Positions 36,389 to 49,205 of a stretch of 64,000 bases of DNA are shown in pieces (within the stretch, counting starts at the first letter, position 1; each line of letters starts with the position of its first letter). The notes under the pieces were generated by a model. That model saw only the letters and a program-made list of their open reading frames with translations. It had not been told where the DNA came from and searched no databases. Source of the DNA: Azolla caroliniana (lineage: Eukaryota; Plantae; Polypodiophyta); NCBI GenBank assembly GCA_043228905.1, contig JBHGNT010000011.1, forward strand, positions 15,438,001 to 15,502,000, given 5' to 3'. The position numbers and the translations under genes were made by a program.

Positions 36389-37480
36389 ATAATAGATGAA
36401 AAAAAAGGGACAAATTCATGATGATTTTGCTCAAATAACATATACACATTCTTTTAATGGTTTGCCAAGGTCAATTGGTGAAGTGGCTAAATCTTAATGG
36501 CAAAAACATTTTTTATTATAACTTCTTGATGTTTATGGTCTCACAACCACTTGAACTAGAATAATCTTCGCCTTAAGTTTCTTACTATATGGCAATATGA
36601 TCATTCTCAAAATAATATAAATTTTAGATCCAATAACATCACCCAAGGAATTTATGTCCATATTTGACATGATTTCTTGGCAAGTTTATTGTAGTAAAAT
36701 ATATCGACTTATAAATTGAGACGTTTGTGTTGCCCAATTGAGAACCCAATATCTCTCTAAAATTTTTCCTAGACAACAAAGAAGTCATCTTGAAAGTATT
36801 GTCACATTTTTGGAATGGTAGGTACAACAATGCAAAAGCTTTTCCACAACTTATTGTCTTAACTACATGAACAACTTCCATGTTTTCTCCCCATACTATA
36901 TATACCATGTTTGTAATGTACGACACAATAGGACGATACTCATGCAACAATGCCGATATCACATGACCTGAAACCATTAATAATCATTATTAAAGGACAT
37001 TGAATTGGCAAGATGAATTTGTAAAGTAATGTTGTACCTTAGGAAGCATAAATTTTTTGTTATCGGACACCATCCTATAAATCCCCCTCAATGTTCTATT
37101 GTATTAACACTTCCTCACTAGATTTTCGTTTATGGTTGCATACCACCTCACACTATGGATCACCCTTGTTCGTATAATCAAGAATATTGTAATTCTTTTG
37201 GTGGCATTTTCTTTTAAAGGGCATTGCTCGCTTTGAGTGCGTTAAGTGAAGATGTTATGAAAATGGATGCTTGCTCTACAACATCTCTCTACCATTGGTT
37301 TCATAATCCTTAATTAGATGCATGTATGTCTCAACCGAGCGAGCACTTTGCTCCGCATGATGATTGATCCCATCATCATCGGTTTCATAACCATTACTTA
37401 TGTGGTTGTACGTCTCACTTGGCCCGACACTTGCATTGCATGATTCCTTCAATCTGGTGAGGATTCTACGATCATCTTAA

Positions 37481-37752
37481 TTTAGGGTTTCTAAGCCTTT
37501 CCTTCATATGAAATAACTATAACAACATACTGAGCTATTAGGCAATTAACGTTCCATACCATCAATGTGAAAGTGCTCACGATGGTTCCATTAGGACTCC
37601 GAAGGCCTTGGGCCAGAGTAGTCGTATCAGTATAGTACTGGACAATCCATAACATAAGGAAGGAAATTTGGAAGGGCATTTGGATGGAATAAGTGGGAGG
37701 GTTATGAGACAGAGGGGCATGGGCTGAAATAAAGGAAAACTGAAGGGGCCCA
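37481..37752 (+). promoter_or_regulatory. Telo-box plus site II motifs upstream of RPF2
   Basis: TTTAGGGTTT at 37481-37490, TGGGCT at 37720-37725 and GGCCCA at 37747-37752. This combination is typical of plant ribosome-biogenesis promoters. Confidence 0.55.
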
Positions 37753-37901
37753 AAAATATCAGCCTCTTCTCCTTCCCTTAGGTTTTACTACATACATGTT
37801 CTGCTCTGTTTTTGGTAGCTCATTTCCTTCTTCTTCTTCTTCTTCTTCTTCTTCTTCTGCTTCAGAGTTAATAGAAGAACACAGTGAAGCTCGGAGAAGA
37901 C

Positions 37902-40170
37902 ATGTTACGAGCTGTGAAACCGAAGACCAAGCGGGGCATCCGGGATCTGGAGAAACGAGCTCCCAAGCTTGTGAGTCTTAATTTCTGTCTCTTTTCTCCC
38001 AAAATTTTATTATATTCTCTGTCTCTGTCGCTGTATTTTTATTGAAACACGGAGATAGATTGATTGTGTGCCTGTATATGTGTGCGACATAGTTTTTTAT
38101 GAATGTTTTAGATGTGTGTGTGTGTGTGTGTGAGTGTAAGTGTGTGCTGTGATCGAGAGAAAAAGGGAAATAGAGAGGATCTTTTGTAGGTCGAAAACAT
38201 AAAGAAGCTTTTGCTCCTCCATGGAACTTCTACCAGTAGCGTTGTAAAAGGAATTCTTTCAGATTTCTATCGTCTCCGGAAGGCGGGTGGCAATGCCATC
38301 AAATACACGAGAAGGAATGAGAACATTAGACCATTTGAGGCTGGAGGTGAAGCCTATCTTGAATTCCTGTCCCGCAGGACAGATTGTAGCTTGTTTGCGG
38401 TGAGTATCTTTTCGTTGCAGCTCAAGATGAGTGGATTTAAACTTTATTTTTATTCCATGCATTTGGATTAGAAAGTATTAGTATTGCTTTGATTTAATAA
38501 TAAAAAACTAATCTAGAACATCTAATACGGTATGAAATTGTCTTAATCTAGATTTTGAGAACATGTTTTAAGCTAGAACATGGTGCCTTGGATCATTTAA
38601 ATTTGAGTACATCTTTTGAATACGAACTGTTTTGATCTAGAATGTGTTTTAAGTAAAAACTGGCATCTTTCATTCATGCATTTATCTGTATGATTTGGGT
38701 TCATGATTCTTTTATTTAGAACATTTTGACTTATGATGTTTTAATCTAGAGCATGCTCCAAGTAAGAAACTGCATTTCTCTAGAGCATACTCCAAGTAAG
38801 AAATGACATGTACTTATTCTCAATATGGTGTAACAGTTTGGTTCTCACTCCAAGAAGAGGCCTAATAATCTTGTGATTGGACGGATGTACGATCACCATG
38901 TTTACGATCTTATAGAGATCGGCGTGGAGAACTTTGATCCGATAATTTCATTTGGAGGTGGGAAGAAAAGCTCACCACAGGAAGGATCCAAACCTTGCCT
39001 CGTCTTTATTGGTCAAGGTTTTGAGGAAGATGAACAACTGAAGCACCTGAAGGAGATCATGATTGATGTTTTTAGAGGAGAAGTAGGGATCCTTTTTCAA
39101 AAAAACAAAGATAAAAAAACTCAGAAAAAGAGATAATATTAATTGTTGCAATTTCGTTTTGGGTTTTGTTCTAGGTAGTGGAGGCAATTAATCTAGCGGG
39201 ACTTGATAGAACATATCTTTTTGTTGCTGTTGGTAACAAGGTCATCTTATTTCCTTTACCTCTTTACAATTTAATCACTTATGCGGAATTTTGAAAAACT
39301 AGAAATGTTCATTTAACCAGGTATATTTCAAGCACTGTGCAATACAACTAAAGAAATCAGGAACGAAGATACCAAGGATTGAGCTCATTGAAATTGGTCC
39401 TTCCATGGATTTGGTTATCCGGAGGCATAGACTTGCTAATGATGATTTGAGAAAAGAAGCAATGAAATCCACTTTGAAAGGCACCAAGAAAAAGGTGAAG
39501 TTTGGATTCATATTAGGAGCAAAGCCATTCTATAGAAATGAGATTTGTCTCCTCTGTATTAATATCATGAAGTATGCAGATCAAGAATGTTGGCCGTGAT
39601 TCACTGGCTGGTAAAGTTGGAAGGATGTACATGCCACAACAGGAGGTAAGTTTTACACTCTCAATAAATTGTTCCTATTAAATAATAAACTTGTATCATA
39701 CTTCAATAATATTTTTAATGAGAGAGAAAGATATGTTAACATAAACTAGAAGCCAAAATTGACCAATGGAGAAAAATTACGATTGTATATGGGTGAACTC
39801 ATATTATCCATACTGAAACAAATATGCAAGCTCTAGGTTTCCTAAAGATTCCCGATAATGGTCTTAATACATGTGGTGGAATGATTTTGGAGATGGTTTG
39901 CAAGCAATTCTGGAACAAATGCTCAATAATATTGCTACTTAGTTTTCAAAGTTTTGTTGTATTCTTTTTTGGGTTTATATTAGGCAATATATTTTTTATG
40001 TTATTCATTTGGATTTTAAGCATTAGTATATGATGTCATTCTTTCTAAATAAACCTCAGGTGGAGAAAATGGCATTAGCAAAAATGAAGGGTTTGAAAAG
40101 ACGCAAGGTGGTATCTACTTCTCAAGATGAAAAAGCACAAGTTTCGCCAAAGAAGCCGCGCACAGATTGA
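37902..40170 (+). CDS. RPF2: Ribosome production factor 2 homolog (Brix domain), 7 exons
   Basis: Exons 37902-37970, 38190-38399, 38837-39082, 39175-39240, 39321-39494, 39580-39645 and 40060-40170, all phase 0 with GT-AG. Motifs LEKRAPKLVEN, IRPFEAGGE, DCSLFAFGSHSKKRPNNL, KKSGTKIPRIELIEIGPSMDL, KMKGLKR. Confidence 0.96.
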
Positions 40171-42472
40171 TGATCAACCATGGATACTTATCCACCTTAT
40201 GCGTTTGGTGACCTTGGTGATCTTTGTTCAAGGCATGTTTGTCTATAAGGGAAGCTTTGCTTGGAAACTTGGGCTAGTGGGTTCTATTTTCTTTGCTAAT
40301 CAAGCTAGCTTTGCTACCAATTCGAATCACCTATATGAGAAAATTAACAATGAATGAATTTCTCTTACTGATATCCGGCAAGATAAGCAAATAGGTCAGT
40401 TTTGTATGGAGGATTGGGGTGTATATGCTGCTTTGTGGTTTCATATATAAGCCTTAATGAGGTTTTGTTATTTTTTAACAAATTTCATCTACATGCCATT
40501 TTCATTGTTGCCTGTTGTGTGATTACAAGACACGTGTGCATGATTATGGCAGTCTCACAATATATGTATATACTCATTTGTAGTGCAACACATGTATGGA
40601 AGGAATCATAGTGCAATTTGCTTTTTGTCACTTGAGTTGATTCTATATAAATCAGAAGAAATCAAGTATTTTGCCATTTAGAACCAAACTGTTCTTTTGG
40701 GGCCCCATAAGATTTTAAGACAAGAAGGTGAGGGACTATTTGGTAATATAAGGTTGTGTGTGTTCATGTTGATGCATAGCAAATATATGCTCTTAAATTT
40801 GAGAATAAGTTTTCAGATGATCTGCCCAATAGTGCATGCACATGCCTGATTAGGAAGAGAGATTCATGGTAAACTGTCCATCTTTCAACTTTTTAGGATG
40901 TGCGATAACCATAAATGGTTGTCTATTATGAGTTAACTGGTATACACACTTGTGCAAATTGCTTTGAAATTGCGGAAGAGGAACACTATGGTATGTAACA
41001 AGTTCCAAAATAAAGGTCAAGGTAATGAATGCTTTGATAGGACGTGAAAAGAGAAATCCGCTTGAATGTGTGGTAAGACATTCAAAACTTTCTTTTTTCC
41101 AAAAAACATTCAGAACTAATTTTCTAACATGATATTGGAAGTCTTATCAACAAGGAGTATGGCTGCACAATTCTAACAAGAACAATAAAATAACTTCGAT
41201 AAATTTGGATGGAGTAGCAAGGGGGCATTGTTGTAAAGCATCCCACATTTTTTATGCTTCAAAATTATGTTCTCATAATTTATTTGTAAATTTCAGACTT
41301 CTTTCGAATTACAGCCCACCATGTTTTATCCAAAATGTCATATTTATGCAAAGGGTTCTTTAGTTATGGATGTATAGCATGTTGTCCCTAGTGCATCTCT
41401 TCCTTTTTCCTCAGGACAAAAAGTAAATAAATTACTAGACCTATCCAAGTTATTTTATTGGAATGTGTTTAGTTGTATTTGATTTCAATGGAAATATGTA
41501 GATAATTGTACTTGGATTGTCGGGATAAATATCAGAAGTGGATGAGATGTCATAATACATCTATTATTATTATTATTATTTATTAAAAGATTCACCTTAG
41601 TATATTACTTGAAATTTGTACATTGAAAAAACATAAGTGATACAAAGACTAGTATTAGCATTTGATCAAGTAGATGTTGTCATATATGAAACAAGTAGAA
41701 CAATAAAGAAGGTATGGCATAATTCCACTTCAGATTAGAACTTGTATCCAAAAATAAGTGAAGTCCTTGCCATCAAATCTTTAAGGCCACTTGCCTTTGC
41801 CACAGAACATCACCCAAACCTTGCAGATCATATTGACCACGTGTGTGGACAAATAACATCCAGAAGTCAAGAAGCATAGTGCATAGATGTATGTGAGCAT
41901 TGTCAAAAATAGAGCCATATCTTGCTTTCCATATTATCCAAAGAGCCAACAACGTAATAGTACACCAACATAATAGTGCACCCCAAGAGAAAAGTTGAAA
42001 AGTGAACGATAATAACGATGTCTCAGCAATAAAAACAACTTACTCCAAAATTGCTTGATCATGGGACAACCACCAAAACATATGCAAATTAGATTAAGTA
42101 GGGGCACCACAATGCATTCCACAAGCATATTGTTGATTTTGTCTCAATGAATCACCAACAAGAAGAGCATAATGAATCAACCACCAACAAAAACAAATAG
42201 CTTTTTTCAGTAAGTGCATACTCCATAGCCATTTCCAAAATTTTGCTAGTTGCAATTCGTGCAAATTATTCTCAGACCAATGCTTCATGGCAGCAGGGCA
42301 TCTATACTTTGATTGCAACAACGAATCTCTACCTAACTTAATTGAATATTGGAAAAATTGCAAAGGTGTACTATTTCCACCAACATTTGGTTTCTTCCAT
42401 TGATAATCAATCGGATCCTAGTCCAAATGATGAAGAGGTTTTTTCTGAAAAACCCATAATGAACAATGCAAC

Positions 42473-42875
42473 TAACAATTGGCAATGAAATGGTTTAAAT
42501 CGAACCGAACCATGAAATCGTGGCTTAACAGATTAACGGTTCGGTTTGGTTTGGGGGGGTGAACCGTTCAGTTCGGTTTGCTTTAAACGGTTCAATGGTT
42601 TTTAAATATATTTTAAAACAAACTTTTCATTTTTAAGCCTAATTCTCACATTTTAGGAAAAAAATTTAAAATTTTCAAGTAACAAAAAATTTTGAATTTT
42701 GAATTTTCACCTAAGTCGAAAACCGAAACCGAACCACGAAACCACTTATTTAGCGGTTTGGATTTTTTAAAACGGTTTCGTGGTTCGGTTTGATTCAAGG
42801 TTCAGAATGTTTAAACGGTTGGGTTTTGACACTTTCGAATTGAACCAAACCGAATTGAATGATTGTCGATTGTTA
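42473..42875. mobile_element. Non-autonomous hAT-type element (MITE), copy 2, 403 bp, inverted relative to copy 1
   Basis: TIRs TAACAATTGGCAAT ... ATTGTCGATTGTTA; 8-bp TSD AATGCAAC/AATACAAC (one mismatch); internal acctaagtcgaaaaccgaaaccgaaccacgaaaccac is a near-exact reverse complement of the copy 1 core. Confidence 0.88.
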
Positions 42876-43444
42876 AATACAACAAGCATTCTTCAAAGGA
42901 TGGATCCAAAAACCATTTTTCCCCCGATCTTGCAACTACTCAAATAACCAAAATATTGGCGACGTCTACATGTCAGATGCAAAATATACATGCCACAACC
43001 TGCCATCACCATCAAAATTAAAGTACATAGCATCACCTGCAACATTAGCTACTTTAAGCTCCTAAATTAACTTGTAAAGGAGAAAAATAGCCAAACCATA
43101 TCTGATTACTTGAGGGGAACCATGAAGCCATAAATTGTCCCAATGTCGCTTGCATATCTATTGAGAATCAAACTCAACTTCCTTAGTATGGGAACACCCC
43201 TTACGAATAGCCAAATGTGTGAACACCCCATTACTTTGTATTATAACTAATGTGTCATAGAAGTTAGTCCTATTACACATATTAGTAGGTAGTTAAGTCT
43301 CCACCTCTTCTGAAGAGGTAGTTGTAGTGAGAGAGTATAGAGAGAATATGTGACTACATAAGCACCTTCTCCTCTTCTTTGTAACAATTGGTTGTTCATT
43401 TTTCTTGATTATACAAATTTCTAGTTTTTTGTATATCCGTGTCT

Positions 43445-45047
43445 TCTTTTTTTTCGTAAATCAATGTTTGTTATTAAAACAAAATGATAATACACCCCTT
43501 GCTATCTTCACTACTTCATAAATAGTGATAGTGCAAGGGAAACCCTCTCAAGTGTTGTAAAACTAGATGACATAAGTCTATCTCCTCTTGGGACAAGATC
43601 CCCATACAACATAGTTGTGAAAATTGCCAAATCAATTTCCCTTTCATCCTACGGATTTGTTGTGTTATCCCATGAAGTCCATCAAACAAGAACTCATTTC
43701 TCATGGTCCAATTAAACCACATTCCCCAATATCTAAGGTAATAAAAAACCACCTTATATGATGTTGTGGGCATAACTTTATCCTCATCCATAAAAACCCA
43801 TTTATAAGGTGACAAAATATTCCCTATTATCGATGCCCAAATTTTTGACATAATCACCCAAATGGCCTTAGCAACCGAACATGTAATGAACCTATGTCTA
43901 GCATCTTCTTCAAACACCGTACAGAAAAAACATGTCCCATTCGAAATATGTCTTCGTTTTAAGGCCATCGCCAAAGGCAACCCACCAACTATGGCATGAC
44001 AAAGAAATACCTTTGCACGGAATGAAAGATGAGGCTGCCACCCTGCATCTAAAACTCTACACCACCACTTTACATTTCTAGTAATGCTCCATGTATCCAA
44101 CACCTTATTTTCTAACCAAGCTCTATCTTCAATCGACTTATGGTACACATCATTAGTGTGCACCACATAAATCGATTTCCCATTACCAAATGACCAATCT
44201 TTCCATGGTTCCTCGACCACCAACTCTGGAATTGGGAAAACTAATGTAGGCAATGCCAATATTGATTGCCAAATATACCCATATGTTAGGAAACAGGTCC
44301 CTCCGGATGGGAAGTGAGAAGAACAGTGTTGATGAGCAACTCAGCCGAGGCCGAATCCGGATGTGGAGTACCCGGCAACGGAAGACCCGGTGAGAACCGG
44401 ATGATGAGTACCCGGCAAGGAAGCCCGGTGAGAACCGGATGACGAGTGCCCGGCAAGAGCCGGATGATGCAGGCCCGGTGAGGAGTGCTTACTGGATGAA
44501 GGGACATATTCATAAATATGTTTTTGAGAGTCCATTGGGGCTATATTTGTAAATAGCCGAAAAGTCATATTAGTATAAATATGACTTAGGGCAAACTTAG
44601 TAGAGTGTTGTATTCATTCTTGTTGGTGCAAGATTTTGAGTGCAACCGTGTACAGAGAGAGAGAGAGAGAGAGAGTGGGAGAGTGAGAGAGAGTGAGAGA
44701 CGAAGAGGACATTGTCTTTGTTGTAACCGCCGCCTATGGCGAAGACAATGAGCAAGAGGTCGTTGCCTCTGTGTTCATCTATTGCACATTGTAACATAGT
44801 GATAGTTTGCAGTCTGTGAACTGCCGTGGTTTTTCCCATGTTTGGGTTTTCCACATAAACATCCTGTGTACTCTTCTCTTTACTGTGTCGTGCGTACATT
44901 ATCCGTTTTTCTGTGTTTGATCCTAGACTTGGTTGTGGCCGAGCGTTGTTTTAGGAGCGCGTAGTCCTTTCACCATATCCACGTAGTATATGAAACTTAT
45001 TTCTGATTGTCCGAAAGGCCATCATTTTCCAACGTGACTCTAAAATA
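43445..45047 (-). mobile_element. Younger 5'-truncated L1 with 15-bp TSD
   Basis: TGTATATCCGTGTCT at 43430-43444 and 45048-45062; T-run (minus-strand poly-A) at ~43447; ORF 43516-44259 with zf-RVT CFFCTVFEEDARHRFITC and WGMWFNWTMRN. Confidence 0.9.
44284..44972 (+). mobile_element. Solo LTR (689 bp), sister family of the intact copia element
   Basis: TGTTAGGA...CCTTTCA; perfect TSD CCATA; shares gtccctccggatggga, ggctatatttgtaaata and tataaatatgacttagggcaaac with LTR 5650-6269; no PBS or PPT. Confidence 0.95.
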
Positions 45048-48000
45048 TGTATATCCGTGTCTCTCTCCCTTTCTTTCTCTCTCTCATACACACACACATT
45101 CTCCTTCTGTTGCACAGAATCACACTTGATTCTTTACAATATCATTACACATAATAGCCCCTTCTCGAACTAACTACACCCAATTAAGTCTAGGACGGCA
45201 AATCTTCCATTGTCAAGGGCATTTTCCAAACTAGAAATGTTTTAACGACAGACCAACTTGTGAGAATTCTATTAAGAAATCTATCTTCTGGCAAGGTTGT
45301 TTTAAACACATTTAAATTCTTAATAAAGGCCCACCTTAATGAGGTTTGTCACAATCCACCTATTGTCGGACACATAGTAGACAACCTATGCATCATCAAC
45401 TGACTCCAAACACCTTGCATTGGCAACATAGCTCCACACACAAATTTAGAGAGCGAAGCTTTACATTGTGACTTCGAATCCACCAACCCCAACCCACCAT
45501 TATGTCTCGGAGCAATCAATATTGCCCAAGCTACTTTAGGTCATTTATCTTGTCTTTTTTTTCCTCCCCAAATGGAATTATGGATAAGACATTGCACCTA
45601 CAAAATATATGACCTAGCAAACAACATAGTAGAAGTAATAGACCATATAGTTACAAGAAGAACTTGGTTAGGTACAATTACACGGCTTGCAAATGACAAG
45701 TCAACCGAATCCCAAAGCAACAATTTTATCCTTCGCTTTAAAAGTAGAGGCGCAACTTACACATCCACATTAATGTGAAGTTCCACTTGGCATCCCAAGC
45801 AACGAAAAGTGGTTCCATCAGGAACCCATTTTAATTCTTGCAAAGGCATCCAAGTAGGTATCAGATTTTGTAACACCCTAAAACCATAGTATTTATGCCA
45901 ATTTATCTTTGCTCTAGAAGCTAAGCATAATTCCTCCACTGCTACTTGTAATTTTCTTAAATTATCTTATCATTACCTTGAACATAAATTGTAGTATCAT
46001 TTGCAAATACTGAAACCAACAATTGTTGCTGAATTGAGGGCAACGACAAACCCGTAAGAGAAACATGTGAATAATTTAAAAATACATTGAAAAGGTTTCC
46101 ACAAGTAGCACAAGACAGGAATAGGGCCAATGGACAACCTTGACGTACAAAACGTGAAATAGAGAATTTTCTCATTTGTCCACCGACTACCAAAAGCGAA
46201 CTAAATGTGTCACGATACAGTAAAGCAACATTGCTAATACAATTATTTACCTTTCGTATACTCAAGATTGGACATACATTCATGCCATCGTGGAAGCATC
46301 ATTTATCAACCTTGCTTGTACTTGGCCCTTGGCATGTGATGTGTTCCCTTCGTTGCTTCAAAATCCATTGTCATATTGTCAACATTATATGTCAAGTGTG
46401 TTTGTGAAGCAATGATGTGTTCATGTGTCCTTATTCTGATATTGCCCTATATATAGCAAGCTTGTTGAATGAATAATGAGATGATCTATTGCTAGCCATA
46501 TTTTAGTGTTGCTTCGTAAGAGATTGCAATAGGGAATAAAGTTGTCAACTCTCTTGACAAACATACAAATCCATTTGGTTGACGCATGGTTTTAAAACAA
46601 CTTGATGGTAAAGGTGTATTTTAGATTTCCATTGAGAGAGATATGATATCATTGATATAGTTTATGGGTATGCACTAGCTAGTGTTGTCTCACTAATTCA
46701 TCAACTTGGTCGTATGCTCAATATAATCATCCATACATTGATAAGGAATATGCAACTTACCAAGGGGTTACCATTGAGGTGGTATAATATTGGGGTGATA
46801 TAATATTGGTCTACGCTTTGTAAATTCAAAGAGAGGTATGATAAATATTTAATGGTAAAACTCCTTTCTCACATTAGTGAGGCCTAATAGTCATTCAAAC
46901 TTGCAAGTGCTAAACATGGACAATGCACTTACCCATTAATATGTGTGAGCAATAATGTTTAGCTTAATGATCAATTCCATCAAAATTTGATTTGTTGCTC
47001 TTCATATAAGGTCCATTACATTCAAGTTGACGTTGAAAATGAATCAAGCATGAACAAAAGGAATACTGATACAACTTTGTTTTAGGGAGGTGCAATAAGT
47101 TGTAGTCTTGAAAGAAGATGGTAAGTTAATAAACGTATGGTAGGGTTGAAAACATTGCCTTTCCACACCATTTAAGAGAGTGTAGATGTTCCTACAAATC
47201 AAAGCTAACTTGTTTACGAGATTATCTTATTCAAAATCACATAGTGGTAATAAAGTCTCGAGCAATGGGTTTACTATAACATTCATTATAGGAACTCGTT
47301 GGGATCGTGCACACTAACAAGTTGCCCTAAAAATAGGTTTGCTCCATGGCCCAAGGATTGAAGATTGAAAAGATGGCTTTGTCAAAGGAAGTACAACATT
47401 AGTTGTGATGTCGAAAACTAGTAAAATGTGACAACAGGTAGACAAATTATGTGCGAAGTGAATATTCAGAAATGTAAAATTTAGAAACTTGTAATAACAA
47501 GAAAGTGTTTGATTGCAACACCTAGAAATCATTCACTACTTTCAAGACAAAGTCAAGTCTCCTCCAATCTACTTGTCTAGTGCTCCTTTGTCAAGTTGTT
47601 ATTACACCTTGAATTTATTATATTATTGGTCAAATTCATGCCTCCAAATTTCTTCTGAGTCTTGATAGACTTTGTCAATCTAAAACACAAATCTTGGTGG
47701 TTCATAAAAATATGGGCAAAACGTATACCAAAAGATAAACATATCCCTTGTGCCATTTAGTTTAGCGAAGGTTGGAGATTCCGATATTCACAGTCGTTTT
47801 CTCTTTCTAACCATTAATTAACCATATATGTAGGGGTTGAATGCATGACGTCATAGTTTCCGTTGAACAATCTGGCGACTGCGTTATATCCATATGTTCC
47901 CTCCCCTTGTTTCTTATGTTGCCATGAATTCGATTGTACTCCAATGGTAATTGGCAAGCCTTTCCATGCATCAGGTTGTGGCATAATGTGACAAACACTT

Positions 48001-48720
48001 GATTTGCCTCATCAACTGATTTTTGGCTTTAATGGACATTAAAAGGTCTCCACTTCTTAGACTTCATTCATCATTAATTCCTATCATCTTCACTTCAAGT
48101 TGTGGTCTAAGAGTAAAATCAAGCAAACTAAGTGACACGTTTCACGACAACCTAATGGAGAAAATCAAAGAATATGTAAGGATGAATCTCTTTGGGTTGC
48201 ATGCAAAGTAAAAAGTGACAATAAGACAATTAAGTGTGATTCAAACTTCATCCTCATGTCTAATGAGATATTTTGTATGTAAATATATTCTGAAAAGGCA
48301 ACGATGGTCAATAGGTGTGTGTGATGTTATATTTGTACAAGGTAACTTGCCACCCATAACACATCAAAAATACAATACTTGCAATTTTAGACCAAGTGGC
48401 AATAAAAGAATCACTTTTAACACATAATAGAGGGGATGGGAGACACTCTTACCTCTCTTTACTTTCTCACCTGGTTTATGTATAAAAACCATTGAATGGG
48501 TAAAAGTGGCATAGCTCTCCATAGAAAGTTTTCTACCATATGTATCCACTAGATAGAGATAGAAACTGATAGTGAAAGAGGTAGAACATCTTCTTTCTCC
48601 TTTCCTTAATGTGAATAGATGTTTTGAACTCTAACATTTTTTCATGCAAAACGACAAAATTTCCCCCCTGGTTTTTGGATATTTACTAGAATACTACTCA
48701 AATCTTTAAAGTTTACCATA

Positions 48721-49205
48721 ATACCCTTTGAAATAGCAATGAAGTATATACTACGTCGAAGTATTCCATTAAATCTTGAAAACTAGGGGGTTACTGTTAA
48801 TACACGATAAGCTAGGGTGTATTTTTGGGTGTTTCTTTTATCGGGAAAACACACAAGAGTTGAAAATATTCAGACATAAATTTACGTTGATTGTTTGGGC
48901 CAGTTGAAAGTAAAGGATTGAAACTATAGACTTAATTTGAAGGTTGAAATTTGTTGGATTCCTGCAATACGCTTTGAAATAGCAATGAATCTTCTACGAC
49001 ATCGAAATATTCATTTAAATCTTGAAAACCTAGGGTTTTCTGTTAATGCACAATAAGATAGGACATATCTTTGGGTGTTTCTTTTATTTCGGAAAACACA
49101 CACAAGGTGAAAATATTATGACAGATTTTTATGTGGATTGTGTTGGGTGGTTGAAATTAAAGATGTGAAACTATAGACCTAGAACCAAAGTTTGAAATTT
49201 GTAGG
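48721..49205. repeat. Degenerate tandem duplication, period ~246 bp
   Basis: ctttgaaatagcaatgaa at 48726 and 48972; aaatcttgaaaa, gggtgtttcttttat and tgaaactatagac repeated. Confidence 0.85.

Larger units (their letters stand above)
41562..46283 (-). mobile_element. Old L1 LINE (RT to 3' end) broken by nested insertions
   Basis: VRQGCPLA and FANDT RT motifs (45957-46283); KFWKWLW...CWWLIHYALLVG zf-RVT (42094-42363); minus-strand AATAAA plus (TAA)n tail at ~41562-41585. Confidence 0.75.

Noticed and set aside
37293-37445. ATGATGA box-C-like motif and small hairpin upstream of RPF2 (snoRNA?)
   Set aside because: No properly placed CTGA box D or terminal stem; better explained as a degenerate ~84-bp duplication.
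46300-48550. Possible decayed DNA-transposase sequence (also ~3280-3850 and ~25400-25950)
   Set aside because: Coding-like texture only; no motif, TIR or TSD that I could identify with confidence.
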